Shown here piece by piece: positions 35,480 to 45,045 of a DNA stretch of 49,105 nucleotides (positions are counted from its first letter, which is position 1; every line of letters starts with the position of its first letter). The notes below the pieces were generated by a model that was not told the origin of the DNA, made no database searches, and saw only the letters and a program-made list of their open reading frames with translations. The translations under genes were made by a program, and so were the position numbers. This stretch comes from Bacteroidota bacterium (GTDB taxonomy: Bacteria; Bacteroidota; Ignavibacteria; UBA10030; UBA8401), in NCBI GenBank assembly GCA_023229405.1, contig JALNZH010000001.1, forward strand, positions 1 through 49,105, written 5' to 3'.

Positions 35480-36034
35480 TTAGTCAATATAGTGTGCCAG
35501 TTTTTTGGCAAGTTCGTCGATGGTGTATCCGATTTTTTTATCGTCTGTGGAGATAACAATATCGGCCTGGAGGTAATAGTGTTCGCGGGCGGTTAACAGG
35601 TTTTCGATTTTCTTTCGAAGTCCCTCGCCGTCCAATAATTTCCCGTCTTCGTCACGCAACATCGGCCGGTCGCTTTTTGTTCGTAGCCGTTGAAAAATAT
35701 GTTCAATATCAGATTTTAAATAGACCAGCACGCCGTGCAGTTTAACCAGTTCAAGGGACTCATCGTTCGTCACGGTGCCTCCACCGAGTGAAACAATCGT
35801 CGACTTGTGCTGTAGAATTTCTTTCAGCGTCTCACGCTCAAGAAAACGAAACATCTGTTCCCCCTCCGCCGCAAAAATATCGCTGATCCGTTTCTTCTCT
35901 TTCGTTTCGATCAACACATCCAGATCGATAAACTGAAAACCGATCGTATTTGCCAGAATAGGACCCACAGTACTTTTCCCGCTTCCCATAAATCCGGTTA
36001 AGAAGATAATCGATTGTTTTTCTTTAAGTTTCAT
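35480..36034 (-). CDS. aroK: Shikimate kinase
   Basis: Walker A FLTGFMGSGKSTVG near the N-terminus, then SLGGG and a lid region. 184 aa. Confidence 0.92.
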   Translation of the reverse strand: MKLKEKQSIIFLTGFMGSGKSTVGPILANTIGFQFIDLDVLIETKEKKRISDIFAAEGEQMFRFLERETLKEILQHKSTIVSLGGGTVTNDESLELVKLHGVLVYLKSDIEHIFQRLRTKSDRPMLRDEDGKLLDGEGLRKKIENLLTAREHYYLQADIVISTDDKKIGYTIDELAKKLAHYID

Positions 36035-36055
36035 TCTGTCGTTGTTATAAAAACA

Positions 36056-36083
36056 AATTCCCGCCGATCTATCGGCGGGAATT
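36056..36083. terminator. Intrinsic terminator after the 36107-36799 gene
   Basis: Perfect 13-bp palindromic stem AATTCCCGCCGAT (36056-36068) / ATCGGCGGGAATT (36071-36083). On the - strand it is followed by TGTTTTT. Confidence 0.8.
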
Positions 36084-36106
36084 TCTCTTTCAATGTTCGG
36101 GTGGCG

Positions 36107-36799
36107 TTATAAGGTGACGGCGATGCCGCCCATATAATTTACTCCGAAAAGATTTACTTTCGTCACATTCTCCGTTTGTGGCAGTGGAATACGTCGTCCC
36201 TGAAACAGTGCTGTTGTTTGTTCAAACTTGGACGTCACATCGAAATGTGGATCACGGAATTTAATTTCGAATCGGAATCCGATGAGCGGATGCAGTCGAT
36301 ATTCGACTCCGGTCATCACATGAATTCCCATATACGATGCGGATGAAACCGTTTCCGCTTGAACTCCGGCAATCGAAAAACTTCGAGTACCGTCGTATGT
36401 CCCTAATCCGCCGCCGAGATAAAATTTTAATTTTTCGGAACTGAGGGGAACAATATAATACCCGCTCAACTCAACTGCTGTTATTTCAAATCCCTCTTCA
36501 TACGGAACTGCCAAATAACTATACTGCGCATATAACACCGATCGTTTGTCCATTCCGGACACTTTTTCGCCAGACAACCCGAGGTAGAACCTGTCCCAAA
36601 GAATGTTCCAGCGAACATCCGCACCGTATCCAAAATTTGAAGCGATGGTCCGTTCTTCGCTGTAGGTATTCTTCCGTTCGATGTTATACGTCAATCGCGT
36701 GCTGGTGGTGAATGTTCCTTTCACTGAGATCGAAAGATCATGATCTCGCGGCAGAAGCGCGCTCGTGAATAGTATATGCAACAGTACGATCGTCCGCAT
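36107..36799 (-). CDS. Outer-membrane beta-barrel protein, hypothetical
   Basis: GAGGAG SD and a signal-like N-terminus. Alternating beta-strand pattern throughout (YGADVRWNILWDRFYLGLSG, LKFYLGGGLGTY, GIHVMTGVEYRL, GFRFEIKFR, VNYMGGIAVTL). Confidence 0.7.
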   Translation of the reverse strand: MRTIVLLHILFTSALLPRDHDLSISVKGTFTTSTRLTYNIERKNTYSEERTIASNFGYGADVRWNILWDRFYLGLSGEKVSGMDKRSVLYAQYSYLAVPYEEGFEITAVELSGYYIVPLSSEKLKFYLGGGLGTYDGTRSFSIAGVQAETVSSASYMGIHVMTGVEYRLHPLIGFRFEIKFRDPHFDVTSKFEQTTALFQGRRIPLPQTENVTKVNLFGVNYMGGIAVTL

Positions 36800-36825
36800 A
36801 GCTCCTCAAGGATCTGAGTGGATCG

Positions 36826-38916
36826 TTACCGGAAGAAGAGGTCCCGGTTATCCTCAATGTCCGATGTTTCCTTCAATTTCGCCAGCCATTCTGTTAACAC
36901 ACGCTGTCGCTTTTCCGTCACCAGTTGCGTGGAGAGCATGTTCTTCATCAAATTGTATCCGGCAGTATCGAACGGTGTTCTGGTGATTACTTTCATCAGA
37001 TAAAAACCTCGTTTCCCTTCCACCGGAGGAACAATTTTCCCAAGTTCCGCATTTTTCGCAGCACCGCTAAAAGCAAATTCACGTCCAACTGTTGGTACAC
37101 CGCCGCCGAAAGTGAAATCGCCGGTGATCTGCACAGAAACATTGGGATCGGAGGCAAGTGAGTTCAGGTCGCCGTTATCTCCCAACGACGAATATTTTTG
37201 ATTCACTGTTTCTTTTAACGATGCCATCTTCTTTTCGCGCAGTGTACGACCGCGCAACGACTCTTTTACATCTTCGAACACACGAACACCTTCTTTTTTC
37301 ACTTCGGAGATTTTTACTACCGTATATCCGTTGTTTACCTGATACGCGTCGCTGATATCGCCGAGATCGTTATTGAAAGCGAATTTGTTGATCGATTCAA
37401 ACTGACCGAGACCGGGAATATATGCGCCTTTGGCAAATTCCGATGTTTCCAGAACTTTGAAACCGGAAGATTCCGCATCCTTTTCAAAATTTCCCTTTTT
37501 CGCGATATAGGCAAAATCCTGTGCGCGCTGGAATGCCTCTTCCCGTGTGGACGAACTTGCCTTAATCGGCAGCGTAATCGTTGCCACTTTTAATTCCCGT
37601 GAATCGCGCCCTTCAATTTTAATAACATGGATGCCGAATTGTGTTTTCACCGGTCCGATGATTTGTCCCGGACGACCGGATAATGCCGCCGCTTCAAACT
37701 CCTTCACCATTCTTCCTTTTCCAAACCAGCCAAGATCGCCGCCAGTCTTAGTAGCGGCCGGTTCGGTGGAATATTGACGAGCAAGAGCCGCGAAATCTTC
37801 ACCTCGTTTTGCGCGTGCAATCAGTTCTCCGGAAAGCGAACGCGCCGATGCTTCTTGTTCTGCGCTGGATGCATTTAACAGGATATGGCGCGCTTTAACG
37901 AATACATCGACGCTCTTTTTTTCTTCCAACACTTTAAAGATATGAACGCCTTCGTAATCCGATACCGGGCCGATCACATCGCCGGTTTTTGCTGAAAATA
38001 CTGCCGTTTCTTTTTCTTGAGTCAATTCACCATGTTTAAAGAATGCAGGCTGGGGGGAAGTTTCGGAGTAATCTTTTTGCACTTCCAGAAAATCCGCACC
38101 GGCATTGGCACGCTGAAGAATGCTGTTGATCTCCGAAAGAATTTCGCCGGAATCGCGTGCTGATGGCTGATCGGTGATGAAGATGTACTTCAGTTTCCGG
38201 ACTGCCGGTTGTTTGAATTCATCGGTATTTTCGTTGTACATTTTTTTCATATCATCATCCGTCACCGTTACGACTTCGTTTGCGATAATCCTGTCCGGAT
38301 CGAAAAATGCGTACTGAACGTTCGCTTTCATATTCTGATCCGTATAACGGTCGCGGATTTCACCGTCGGTTGCGCGCACCGACGAAAAGACGATGCTTTG
38401 CATTTTTTCTGCCAATCGCTGCTGACGCAGGGCTGTTTCCACTTGGATCCAGATTTCTTTATTGCGGGGATCGTTCAGCGCCTGTTCATACGCATCGCGC
38501 CGGAACTGTCCGGTGGAATCGCGGAACTGCTGTACAAGAAATTCCGGAGGATTTTCACCGCGAACCCAGTCGATAATCTCCTGATCGGTCACGCTGATGC
38601 CTGCTTTTTTTGTTTCGCGTTCCAACAACGTCTGAGTAACAAGATTGTTCCACACTTGCTCACGAATCTGCTTTATCAGCGCCTCATCCGGGTCTTGCTT
38701 GGACTGTTGTTTATATTGTTCCGTCTGCTGGCGAACCAGTTCAGAGAATTCCTGATACGATACTTTTTTCCCTTCGATCACTCCAATGGTGTCGGATTGC
38801 CGTGACATACCCAAATAATCCATGCCCCATTCGAACACGATCGTGATGATAAAAACAACTACCAATCCAATAAGAATGACCGGCATATTGTTTCGCATTC
38901 TTGTCATTATAGCCAT
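36826..38916 (-). CDS. PpiD/SurA-family periplasmic chaperone with parvulin-type PPIase domain(s)
   Basis: N-terminal anchor MRNNMPVILIGLVVVFIIT. SurA_N-like region. Parvulin motifs VKARHILL...GGDLGWFGKGRMVKEFE...GPVKTQFGIHVIK. The ORF-track start is TTG (38928). The ATG at 38914-38916 is preferred, with 38907 also possible. Confidence 0.85.
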   Translation of the reverse strand: MAIMTRMRNNMPVILIGLVVVFIITIVFEWGMDYLGMSRQSDTIGVIEGKKVSYQEFSELVRQQTEQYKQQSKQDPDEALIKQIREQVWNNLVTQTLLERETKKAGISVTDQEIIDWVRGENPPEFLVQQFRDSTGQFRRDAYEQALNDPRNKEIWIQVETALRQQRLAEKMQSIVFSSVRATDGEIRDRYTDQNMKANVQYAFFDPDRIIANEVVTVTDDDMKKMYNENTDEFKQPAVRKLKYIFITDQPSARDSGEILSEINSILQRANAGADFLEVQKDYSETSPQPAFFKHGELTQEKETAVFSAKTGDVIGPVSDYEGVHIFKVLEEKKSVDVFVKARHILLNASSAEQEASARSLSGELIARAKRGEDFAALARQYSTEPAATKTGGDLGWFGKGRMVKEFEAAALSGRPGQIIGPVKTQFGIHVIKIEGRDSRELKVATITLPIKASSSTREEAFQRAQDFAYIAKKGNFEKDAESSGFKVLETSEFAKGAYIPGLGQFESINKFAFNNDLGDISDAYQVNNGYTVVKISEVKKEGVRVFEDVKESLRGRTLREKKMASLKETVNQKYSSLGDNGDLNSLASDPNVSVQITGDFTFGGGVPTVGREFAFSGAAKNAELGKIVPPVEGKRGFYLMKVITRTPFDTAGYNLMKNMLSTQLVTEKRQRVLTEWLAKLKETSDIEDNRDLFFR

Positions 38917-39218
38917 ACTACGTAACAACTCCTTACTGCAAAATATTGTGAAAAGTGTATATTGAACTGTCTATAAATTGAAAGATAACCGAATTACGGC
39001 TGAAAAACAAAGAAAAATTGGGAATGATACTGTTTTAGAAGCAACGGTGCGCACATTCACACGGTATGTTTCCGGGAATTTCTTGGAAAATTGTTGTTGC
39101 CCGATACTTCTGTAAAGGATTTCTATCTGGAATAGTGAAAAAATAACATGTCTACCAATACATTTATTGCTTCAAAAAGAAAGCGGGAAATATTCGGAAA
39201 GGGGCGGTTTTGTTTTAT

Positions 39219-41114
39219 TTATGATGGATTTTCTCCGGTGAGGGAAACCGCATCGCCATCATCTGTGTCAAAATATTCCTGAATTTTTTGAGCAGTTTTT
39301 TCCCCAACAACTTCACCTAATTGTTCAGCAGTGGCAAATTTTACCCCCTGCACTGAACCGAATGCTTCCAATAGTTCTTTTGCCCGTTTTTTCCCTATTC
39401 CTTCAATCAAATCCAATTCCGTTTGTAACGTTCGTTTAGCCCTCAGTGACCGATGGAACGTGATCGCGAATCGGTGCGCTTCATCTCTCAATTGTTGCAA
39501 CAGTCTTAACGCGGAAGAGGATTTCGGGATCGGTAGCGGATCGCTTTGATCTGGAACAAATACTTCTTCAAGCCGCTTTGCGAGACTGATGATCGGGTGC
39601 TGATCTAATTTCAATTCTTTCAACGACTCCACTGCACTGGAAAGTTGTCCTTTCCCGCCATCCACCATAATCAGTTCTGGCATCTCGAGAGCATCGTCTT
39701 GCACGCGTTTATAGCGGCGGTAGATCACCTCTTTCATACTGGCAAAATCGTTCACGTCGGCAGGGGCAACGGTTCTGATTTTGAATTTCCGGTATTCACT
39801 CTTCTTCGGTTTCCCGTCAACAAATACGACCATAGAGGCGACTGTCTCCGTCCCCTGAAAATGTGAAATGTCGAAACATTCGATTCTTCGCGGAGGCTTC
39901 GTCATTCGGAGATCGCGCTGCAGGGATCGTACGGCAGCAGGAATAAAATCTTTCTGCTTCAACCGCTGCAGTTTTAACTCGTCAAGAAGAAACTTTGCGT
40001 TGTTCTTGCACATGGCTATTAATTTCGCCAGTTCGCCCCCTTCCGGCATCACAAAAGAAACTCCACCGCTGCGACGCAGTGTCAGCCATTGCTGGATGAG
40101 TGTTTTTGATTCGATATCGAAAGAAAGAATGATCTCTTTCGGAACGTCGACCGCTTCCAGGTAATATCGCTGCACCAGCGTTTCCAGAATTTCGCTGTCT
40201 GTCTTTCCTTCCACTCCACTCATATAATAATGCTGCCGTCCGATCACCTTCCCCTCGCGAATTTTAAAGATTACACCGCACGCATCATCTTCTTCTGTCG
40301 ACACCGCAACGATATCTCTGTCGCGTAGTTCCACATCCACCACTTTTTGTTTTGAGGAATAAATTTCCAATTCTTTCATTCGATCGCGGAAATGCGCTGC
40401 ATCTTCGAACTTCAGTTGTTCCGCCGCCGTATTCATCTGCTGTTCAAGTGATTCAAGCACCACGGTGACTTTCCCATTCAGCACCTGTTCCACATTTGCG
40501 ATCATCACGCTGTATTGTGCCTGAGAAATCAGTCCTTCGCACGGCCCCTGACACTTTTTGATGTGGTAATCCAAACAGACCCGCGTCTTCTTCCTCGCAA
40601 TAAACTCATCGTCGATCATAAAATTGCAGCTGCGGATCATAAAGATGTCTCGGACTGTTTTTAGCGCCGCGCGCATCGTCAACACATCGGTGTACGGACC
40701 GAAATACCGGGAACCGTCCCGCCGGATTCTTCGCGTCACAAAGACACGCGGATACGGTTCGTTTGTTACGACGATGAACGGATACGATTTGTCGTCCTTC
40801 AAATTGACGTTGTATCGCGGCTTGTGCAGTTTTATGAGATTAGCTTCAAGAATCAACGCTTCCACTTCCGAATCGGTGGTGATAATTTCCAGGTCGGAGA
40901 TTTTTGAAACCATGGATGCGATGCGAGGTTCGTGATTGCGGGATTGGTGAAAATATGAACGAACACGATTGCGGAGATTTACCGCTTTCCCGACATATTG
41001 GATGACACCTTCCTTATTCTTGAATTGGTACACACCAGGGCTTATCGGCAGGTTGTCCAGCTTATCTTGCAGATCGAATTTATCGATCAGCGATATTTGA
41101 ATGCCGTCAGTCAT
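39219..41114 (-). CDS. uvrC: Excinuclease ABC subunit C
   Basis: GIY-YIG N-terminus (PGVYQFKNKEGVIQYVGKAVNLRNRV), a UVR domain (FEDAAHFRDRMKEL), an RNase H-like endonuclease domain and a C-terminal (HhH)2 (LDLIEGIGKKRAKELLEAFGSV). Confidence 0.96.
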   Translation of the reverse strand: MTDGIQISLIDKFDLQDKLDNLPISPGVYQFKNKEGVIQYVGKAVNLRNRVRSYFHQSRNHEPRIASMVSKISDLEIITTDSEVEALILEANLIKLHKPRYNVNLKDDKSYPFIVVTNEPYPRVFVTRRIRRDGSRYFGPYTDVLTMRAALKTVRDIFMIRSCNFMIDDEFIARKKTRVCLDYHIKKCQGPCEGLISQAQYSVMIANVEQVLNGKVTVVLESLEQQMNTAAEQLKFEDAAHFRDRMKELEIYSSKQKVVDVELRDRDIVAVSTEEDDACGVIFKIREGKVIGRQHYYMSGVEGKTDSEILETLVQRYYLEAVDVPKEIILSFDIESKTLIQQWLTLRRSGGVSFVMPEGGELAKLIAMCKNNAKFLLDELKLQRLKQKDFIPAAVRSLQRDLRMTKPPRRIECFDISHFQGTETVASMVVFVDGKPKKSEYRKFKIRTVAPADVNDFASMKEVIYRRYKRVQDDALEMPELIMVDGGKGQLSSAVESLKELKLDQHPIISLAKRLEEVFVPDQSDPLPIPKSSSALRLLQQLRDEAHRFAITFHRSLRAKRTLQTELDLIEGIGKKRAKELLEAFGSVQGVKFATAEQLGEVVGEKTAQKIQEYFDTDDGDAVSLTGENPS

Positions 41115-41229
41115 GAGAGGAAAAGAAAATACTAAAAGCTGCTACAGGTTTGAGAAGTTGGATGTTAATGCTCGATTTGCTGATGACCCATTTTTGTTAA
41201 TTATGATCCTCTTGAATTCTTTATACTGA

Positions 41230-41634
41230 TTAGTTCGTTTTTTCACAAAGCTCTATGAGCACTCCGTTCGTCGATTTCGGATGGAGAAACGCCACCCAAT
41301 ATCCATCTCCACCTTCGGAGGGAATATCGTTTACGAATTGAAATCCATGACCTTTTAAGCGGATAATTTCTTCTTGAAGATCATCTACTTCCAAACAGAG
41401 ATGATGAATGCCTTCACCCCGTTTTTCGATAAATTTTGAGAGGGAAGATTCTTGAGAGGTTGATTCAATCAGTTCAACCGAACTTTCTCCGAGTGGATAA
41501 AAAGCGATTGTTGCTTTTTGTTCCGGCACCGATTCGGTAAATGGCTGCGGTCGATCGAAAAGTTTGTTGAACAATTCAGCAGATAATCCAAGATTTTTAA
41601 CAGCAACACCAATGTGATTGATTTTTTTTATCAT
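41230..41634 (-). CDS. mce: Methylmalonyl-CoA epimerase (VOC/glyoxalase fold)
   Basis: 134 aa. INHIGVAVKNL...VELIE...GEGIHHLCLEVDD...NGVLIEL matches the epimerase His/Glu ligand pattern. Confidence 0.8.
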   Translation of the reverse strand: MIKKINHIGVAVKNLGLSAELFNKLFDRPQPFTESVPEQKATIAFYPLGESSVELIESTSQESSLSKFIEKRGEGIHHLCLEVDDLQEEIIRLKGHGFQFVNDIPSEGGDGYWVAFLHPKSTNGVLIELCEKTN

Positions 41635-41701
41635 AACGAATAATAAATAGTTGGCGGTTTTTTTTCGTCCAATGGCACAGCGTTAATCTCAAACAGTTGC
41701 T

Positions 41702-42289
41702 TTACATTTCTATAACAATATCGTATTTATCCAGTAATCCGGCAACGCCAGCCGATGAAAACTTCGCCTTCGTTATCCTGTTTTTTTTCGGATCGATTGA
41801 ATAATTGTATGCCGTTCGAAAATCAGCGCGTTCCAGATTGGTCCTGTCAAAAATCGTGCGTTCAAGATTGCAGAGATCGAACTCCGAACCGGATAGATCG
41901 CACTCTGAAAGGTCCGTCTCTTTTAAGCTGCATTTTATGAATTGTGTTTTTTTTGCTTTTAACCGATAGAGTGACGCTCGATCGAGAATGCATCCTTCAA
42001 ACCGGACGGTGAACAAAAACGCGTTGCATTGATCGAATCGCACACCGGATAGTTTGCACTCCTTAAATGTGACGCTTCGAAATGAAGCGCCGGAGACATT
42101 TGCTAGTGCAAAATTGCTGCCGAAAAATTCACACTCGATAAAACTCCTACCGGAAAGATTAGCGTTAGACAAATCACAACCGGTAAATATACAATGGTGA
42201 AACTCTGCCGTCGACTTCAGAAGTTTTAACGCAACGATTCCAGCGATACTTTCATCTTCAACGGTGAGTGTACACTCTCTGTTTTTCAT
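41702..42289 (-). CDS. Pentapeptide-repeat protein (MfpA/Qnr-sized)
   Basis: 195 aa composed almost entirely of A(D/N)LXX-type quintets (CDLSNANLSGRSFIECEFFGSNFALANVSGASFRSVTFKECKLSGVRF...CDLSGSEFDLCNLERTIFDRTNLERADFR). Confidence 0.85.
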   Translation of the reverse strand: MKNRECTLTVEDESIAGIVALKLLKSTAEFHHCIFTGCDLSNANLSGRSFIECEFFGSNFALANVSGASFRSVTFKECKLSGVRFDQCNAFLFTVRFEGCILDRASLYRLKAKKTQFIKCSLKETDLSECDLSGSEFDLCNLERTIFDRTNLERADFRTAYNYSIDPKKNRITKAKFSSAGVAGLLDKYDIVIEM

Positions 42290-42348
42290 TAGTCAACAAT
42301 AGCTTGAGGTCGTAATATAAAAAATCCATACGCGAACAGTCGTCGCAG

Positions 42349-43068
42349 CTACATCAGTCCCCGTTCCATCATGCTGGTGTACCCGTCCCCCGCGATGATG
42401 ATATGGTCGTGCACAGAAATCCCGATGATCTTTCCCGCTTCAACAATCTGTTTGGTGACGGCGATGTCCTCCCTGCTCGGTTCCAGATTCCCACTGGGAT
42501 GATTGTGGAGCAGAATTACACTGGCGGCATTTTCCAGAATCGCTTCACGGAATACTTCGCGCGGATGCGTGAGCGATGAATTCAACAGTCCTTTGGTAAT
42601 GATCCGGTCTCGGATAATCTTATTTGCACTGCTTAAACAGACAACCATAAATTGCTCCTGCTTCAAATCGCGCAATTCGGGACCATACCGCTGTTGAATA
42701 TCTTCCGGCGAACGAATGGGAGCGTTCGTATCGTTTTCTTTCGCAGCAATGCGTCGCGCTATTTCACACGCAGCAACAATCGTCACCGCCTTCGCCGTTC
42801 CGATCCCTTTATGTTTCGTCTGTTTCAGATCGGCTACGAAAAGCGAGGCGATCCGCTTTAACGACGAATATTCGCGCAACAGCCGTTTAGCAACTTCCAC
42901 AGCTGAGGTATTCTTTGTACCGATGTTGATGAGAATCGCCAGAAGTTCCGCATCGGACAACGATGATGCACCGTGTTTCACCAGTTTTTCACGCGGACGT
43001 TCGTCTTCCGGCCATTCTTTAATCGTAGTATACCGAATGGGCGGTTCGTTGAATAAGGAGTGTGGCAT
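42349..43068 (-). CDS. radC: RadC-family JAB/MPN-domain protein
   Basis: N-terminal HhH-like region (LSDAELLAILINIGT) and a C-terminal JAMM motif (SVILLHNHPSGNLEPSREDI). Confidence 0.9.
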   Translation of the reverse strand: MPHSLFNEPPIRYTTIKEWPEDERPREKLVKHGASSLSDAELLAILINIGTKNTSAVEVAKRLLREYSSLKRIASLFVADLKQTKHKGIGTAKAVTIVAACEIARRIAAKENDTNAPIRSPEDIQQRYGPELRDLKQEQFMVVCLSSANKIIRDRIITKGLLNSSLTHPREVFREAILENAASVILLHNHPSGNLEPSREDIAVTKQIVEAGKIIGISVHDHIIIAGDGYTSMMERGLM

Positions 43069-43071
43069 GGT

Positions 43072-45045
43072 TCAGTGAGTTGAATATGTTTGCAGCTTGG
43101 TGACGGCGCCGTTTTTAAATTGCAGGATGTGCAGCGCGCTGTTCACCCGTTCAGGTTTTAACGAAATGGCATTCCGGATACCGGGATATTCGAACACATT
43201 TGCAAGCGCCTCAGCAAGTTGAGCTCTGGTTAACGAACCTTCGCTGAACTGTTTAATCAACAAGGACATGGCATCATAGCCAAACAACACATTATCCGAC
43301 ATCTGTTTGCCGTATTTCTGAGAATATTTTGAAAAAATTCTCCCCGTATAATCGTTCCGGTCAATCCAACGGTCATGTCCAAAAATCACCCCATCTGCAT
43401 AACGTTTGTTCAGGTCTAATTCATTTGCATCATTCCAATCGCCCGAACCAAGCAATATGGAACGGATATTATAGAATGTCAGTTGCGATGTGATGACGCC
43501 GATTTCATGGCTGTTGGAGATGGGGCAATAGACAAGATCAAGCGTTGTCACCGGATAATGAAGACTATCCACATAGATCGATGTTTTTTTCACCGGCAAT
43601 CGCAATGAATCGGCGATCCGTTTTGCGCTGTCCCCGAATAGCGAAGTAAAATTCACCAGTCCGCCCGTTGCAATAATTGAATCGATATAGGAAAATTTAA
43701 TTCCCAGCGACACTAGTTTTCTCGTCACCTCGGCGACATTAATTTTGCCGCGTATGGCCACGACGTAATCCGGACGCAATGCGGATGCTTCCACACGAAT
43801 CGAACGGACGTACGAACGAAGATCATTTTCTCCCCGTTTGAACCGGCGGTCAATCAGAATTGTCGCTCCAAGCCGTTGTACTTCCGCAACGAATGAGTCC
43901 GCCTGCGTTGTTGACGATTGCACAGAGGAGGTCAACACAGCGATTGTTTTTGCTCCAAGCACATTGACGGCATATTGCGCCATCGTTTTTCCCTTGGCGC
44001 CGTTCGTAGAATTCGCCTGGAAGACGTACGGACCTATTGCAGAAATTCCTTCGTCAGTCGCAGTCGGTGAAACGATCGGTATCGATCGTTCCTGCGCGAC
44101 TTTGGCGGCAATCATCGTTTCCGAGCTGAAAATTGGACCAATAATTCCTACAATATCCGGATCATCCGACCATTCGCCAATCACCGATTGAATCACCGTA
44201 GAATCTTTCTCCGAATCCCGGATATCCAGTTCCACCGACACTTGCCCCGGCACCGTCCGTTCTTCGTAATCGCTCACCGCAAGCTGGATTCCCTCCAACA
44301 TTTCGTTGACGATTTTTTTCTCCCGCGTTTCAACCGGCAACAAGTGCTGCAGCGGAATCAATACACCGATGCGGACGAGATTTCCCTTTTCGATCCGTGA
44401 TAGCAAGTGATTAATCCGAAATTGCAGCGTTTGATCCGCGTTGGCAGGATCAAATCGTTCAATGGACAGTCTCGCCTCATCCAATCTGCCGTTCTGATAC
44501 TGTTTTTCCGCCATGACAACGAGTAAAAGATTTTTGACGGTCGCAGAAAGTGTATCGATATTGGCGGAAGTTGTTTGTTCATCTGGTAAAAATTCCTGTG
44601 CCATGTGTTCTATTACTCTAAACGAATGCTCTTTGTTCAGCCGCTGTTGGGCAATGGCATAGGTGTACACCATCTCACCAAATGCCCTTTGATACATTCC
44701 CAGATTATAAAAACACATTCCCCGAGTAAACGAAATATCTTCCAGATATAACGTTGTCTGAAAGTGAGCGATGATGGAATCGCACAGATCAATCGCCGCA
44801 CGATAATTCTTCAGCGCATATTCCGATTTTGCAGCCATTACCATCGATGCAGTGATGCGGTGATTCTGCGGCATGCTGGCGATAGACTGACGAAACGAAT
44901 GCAGTGCCGGCGTAAATTCCTTCTGGGAGTATTGACGCATGCCAAGTAAAAAATATTCTTCTGCAGACTGATTGAAATATACTTCCGCCTCCTGTGCAAA
45001 GACACAAAACGTACTTAGCACACAGAATGTGTACAACAGTTTCAT
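43072..45045 (-). CDS. Secreted TPR + type-1 periplasmic-binding-fold protein (LivK-like; LpoA-like architecture)
   Basis: Signal peptide MKLLYTFCVLSTFCVFAQ. TPR-like helices (YFLLGMRQYSQKEFTPALHSFRQ...). A PBP1 core (VRIGVLIPL..., VGIIGPIFSSE, AKTIAVLTS). The ATG overlaps the permease stop (TAATG). The ORF-track TTG extension is rejected. Confidence 0.75.
   Translation of the reverse strand: MKLLYTFCVLSTFCVFAQEAEVYFNQSAEEYFLLGMRQYSQKEFTPALHSFRQSIASMPQNHRITASMVMAAKSEYALKNYRAAIDLCDSIIAHFQTTLYLEDISFTRGMCFYNLGMYQRAFGEMVYTYAIAQQRLNKEHSFRVIEHMAQEFLPDEQTTSANIDTLSATVKNLLLVVMAEKQYQNGRLDEARLSIERFDPANADQTLQFRINHLLSRIEKGNLVRIGVLIPLQHLLPVETREKKIVNEMLEGIQLAVSDYEERTVPGQVSVELDIRDSEKDSTVIQSVIGEWSDDPDIVGIIGPIFSSETMIAAKVAQERSIPIVSPTATDEGISAIGPYVFQANSTNGAKGKTMAQYAVNVLGAKTIAVLTSSVQSSTTQADSFVAEVQRLGATILIDRRFKRGENDLRSYVRSIRVEASALRPDYVVAIRGKINVAEVTRKLVSLGIKFSYIDSIIATGGLVNFTSLFGDSAKRIADSLRLPVKKTSIYVDSLHYPVTTLDLVYCPISNSHEIGVITSQLTFYNIRSILLGSGDWNDANELDLNKRYADGVIFGHDRWIDRNDYTGRIFSKYSQKYGKQMSDNVLFGYDAMSLLIKQFSEGSLTRAQLAEALANVFEYPGIRNAISLKPERVNSALHILQFKNGAVTKLQTYSTH

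Noticed and set aside
42349-43068. RadC/JAB protein as a marker of a defence or anti-restriction island.
   Set aside because: It is full length with the housekeeping N-terminal HhH region, is embedded in a tightly packed core operon (3 nt after the upstream gene), and has no neighbouring mobile or defence genes.
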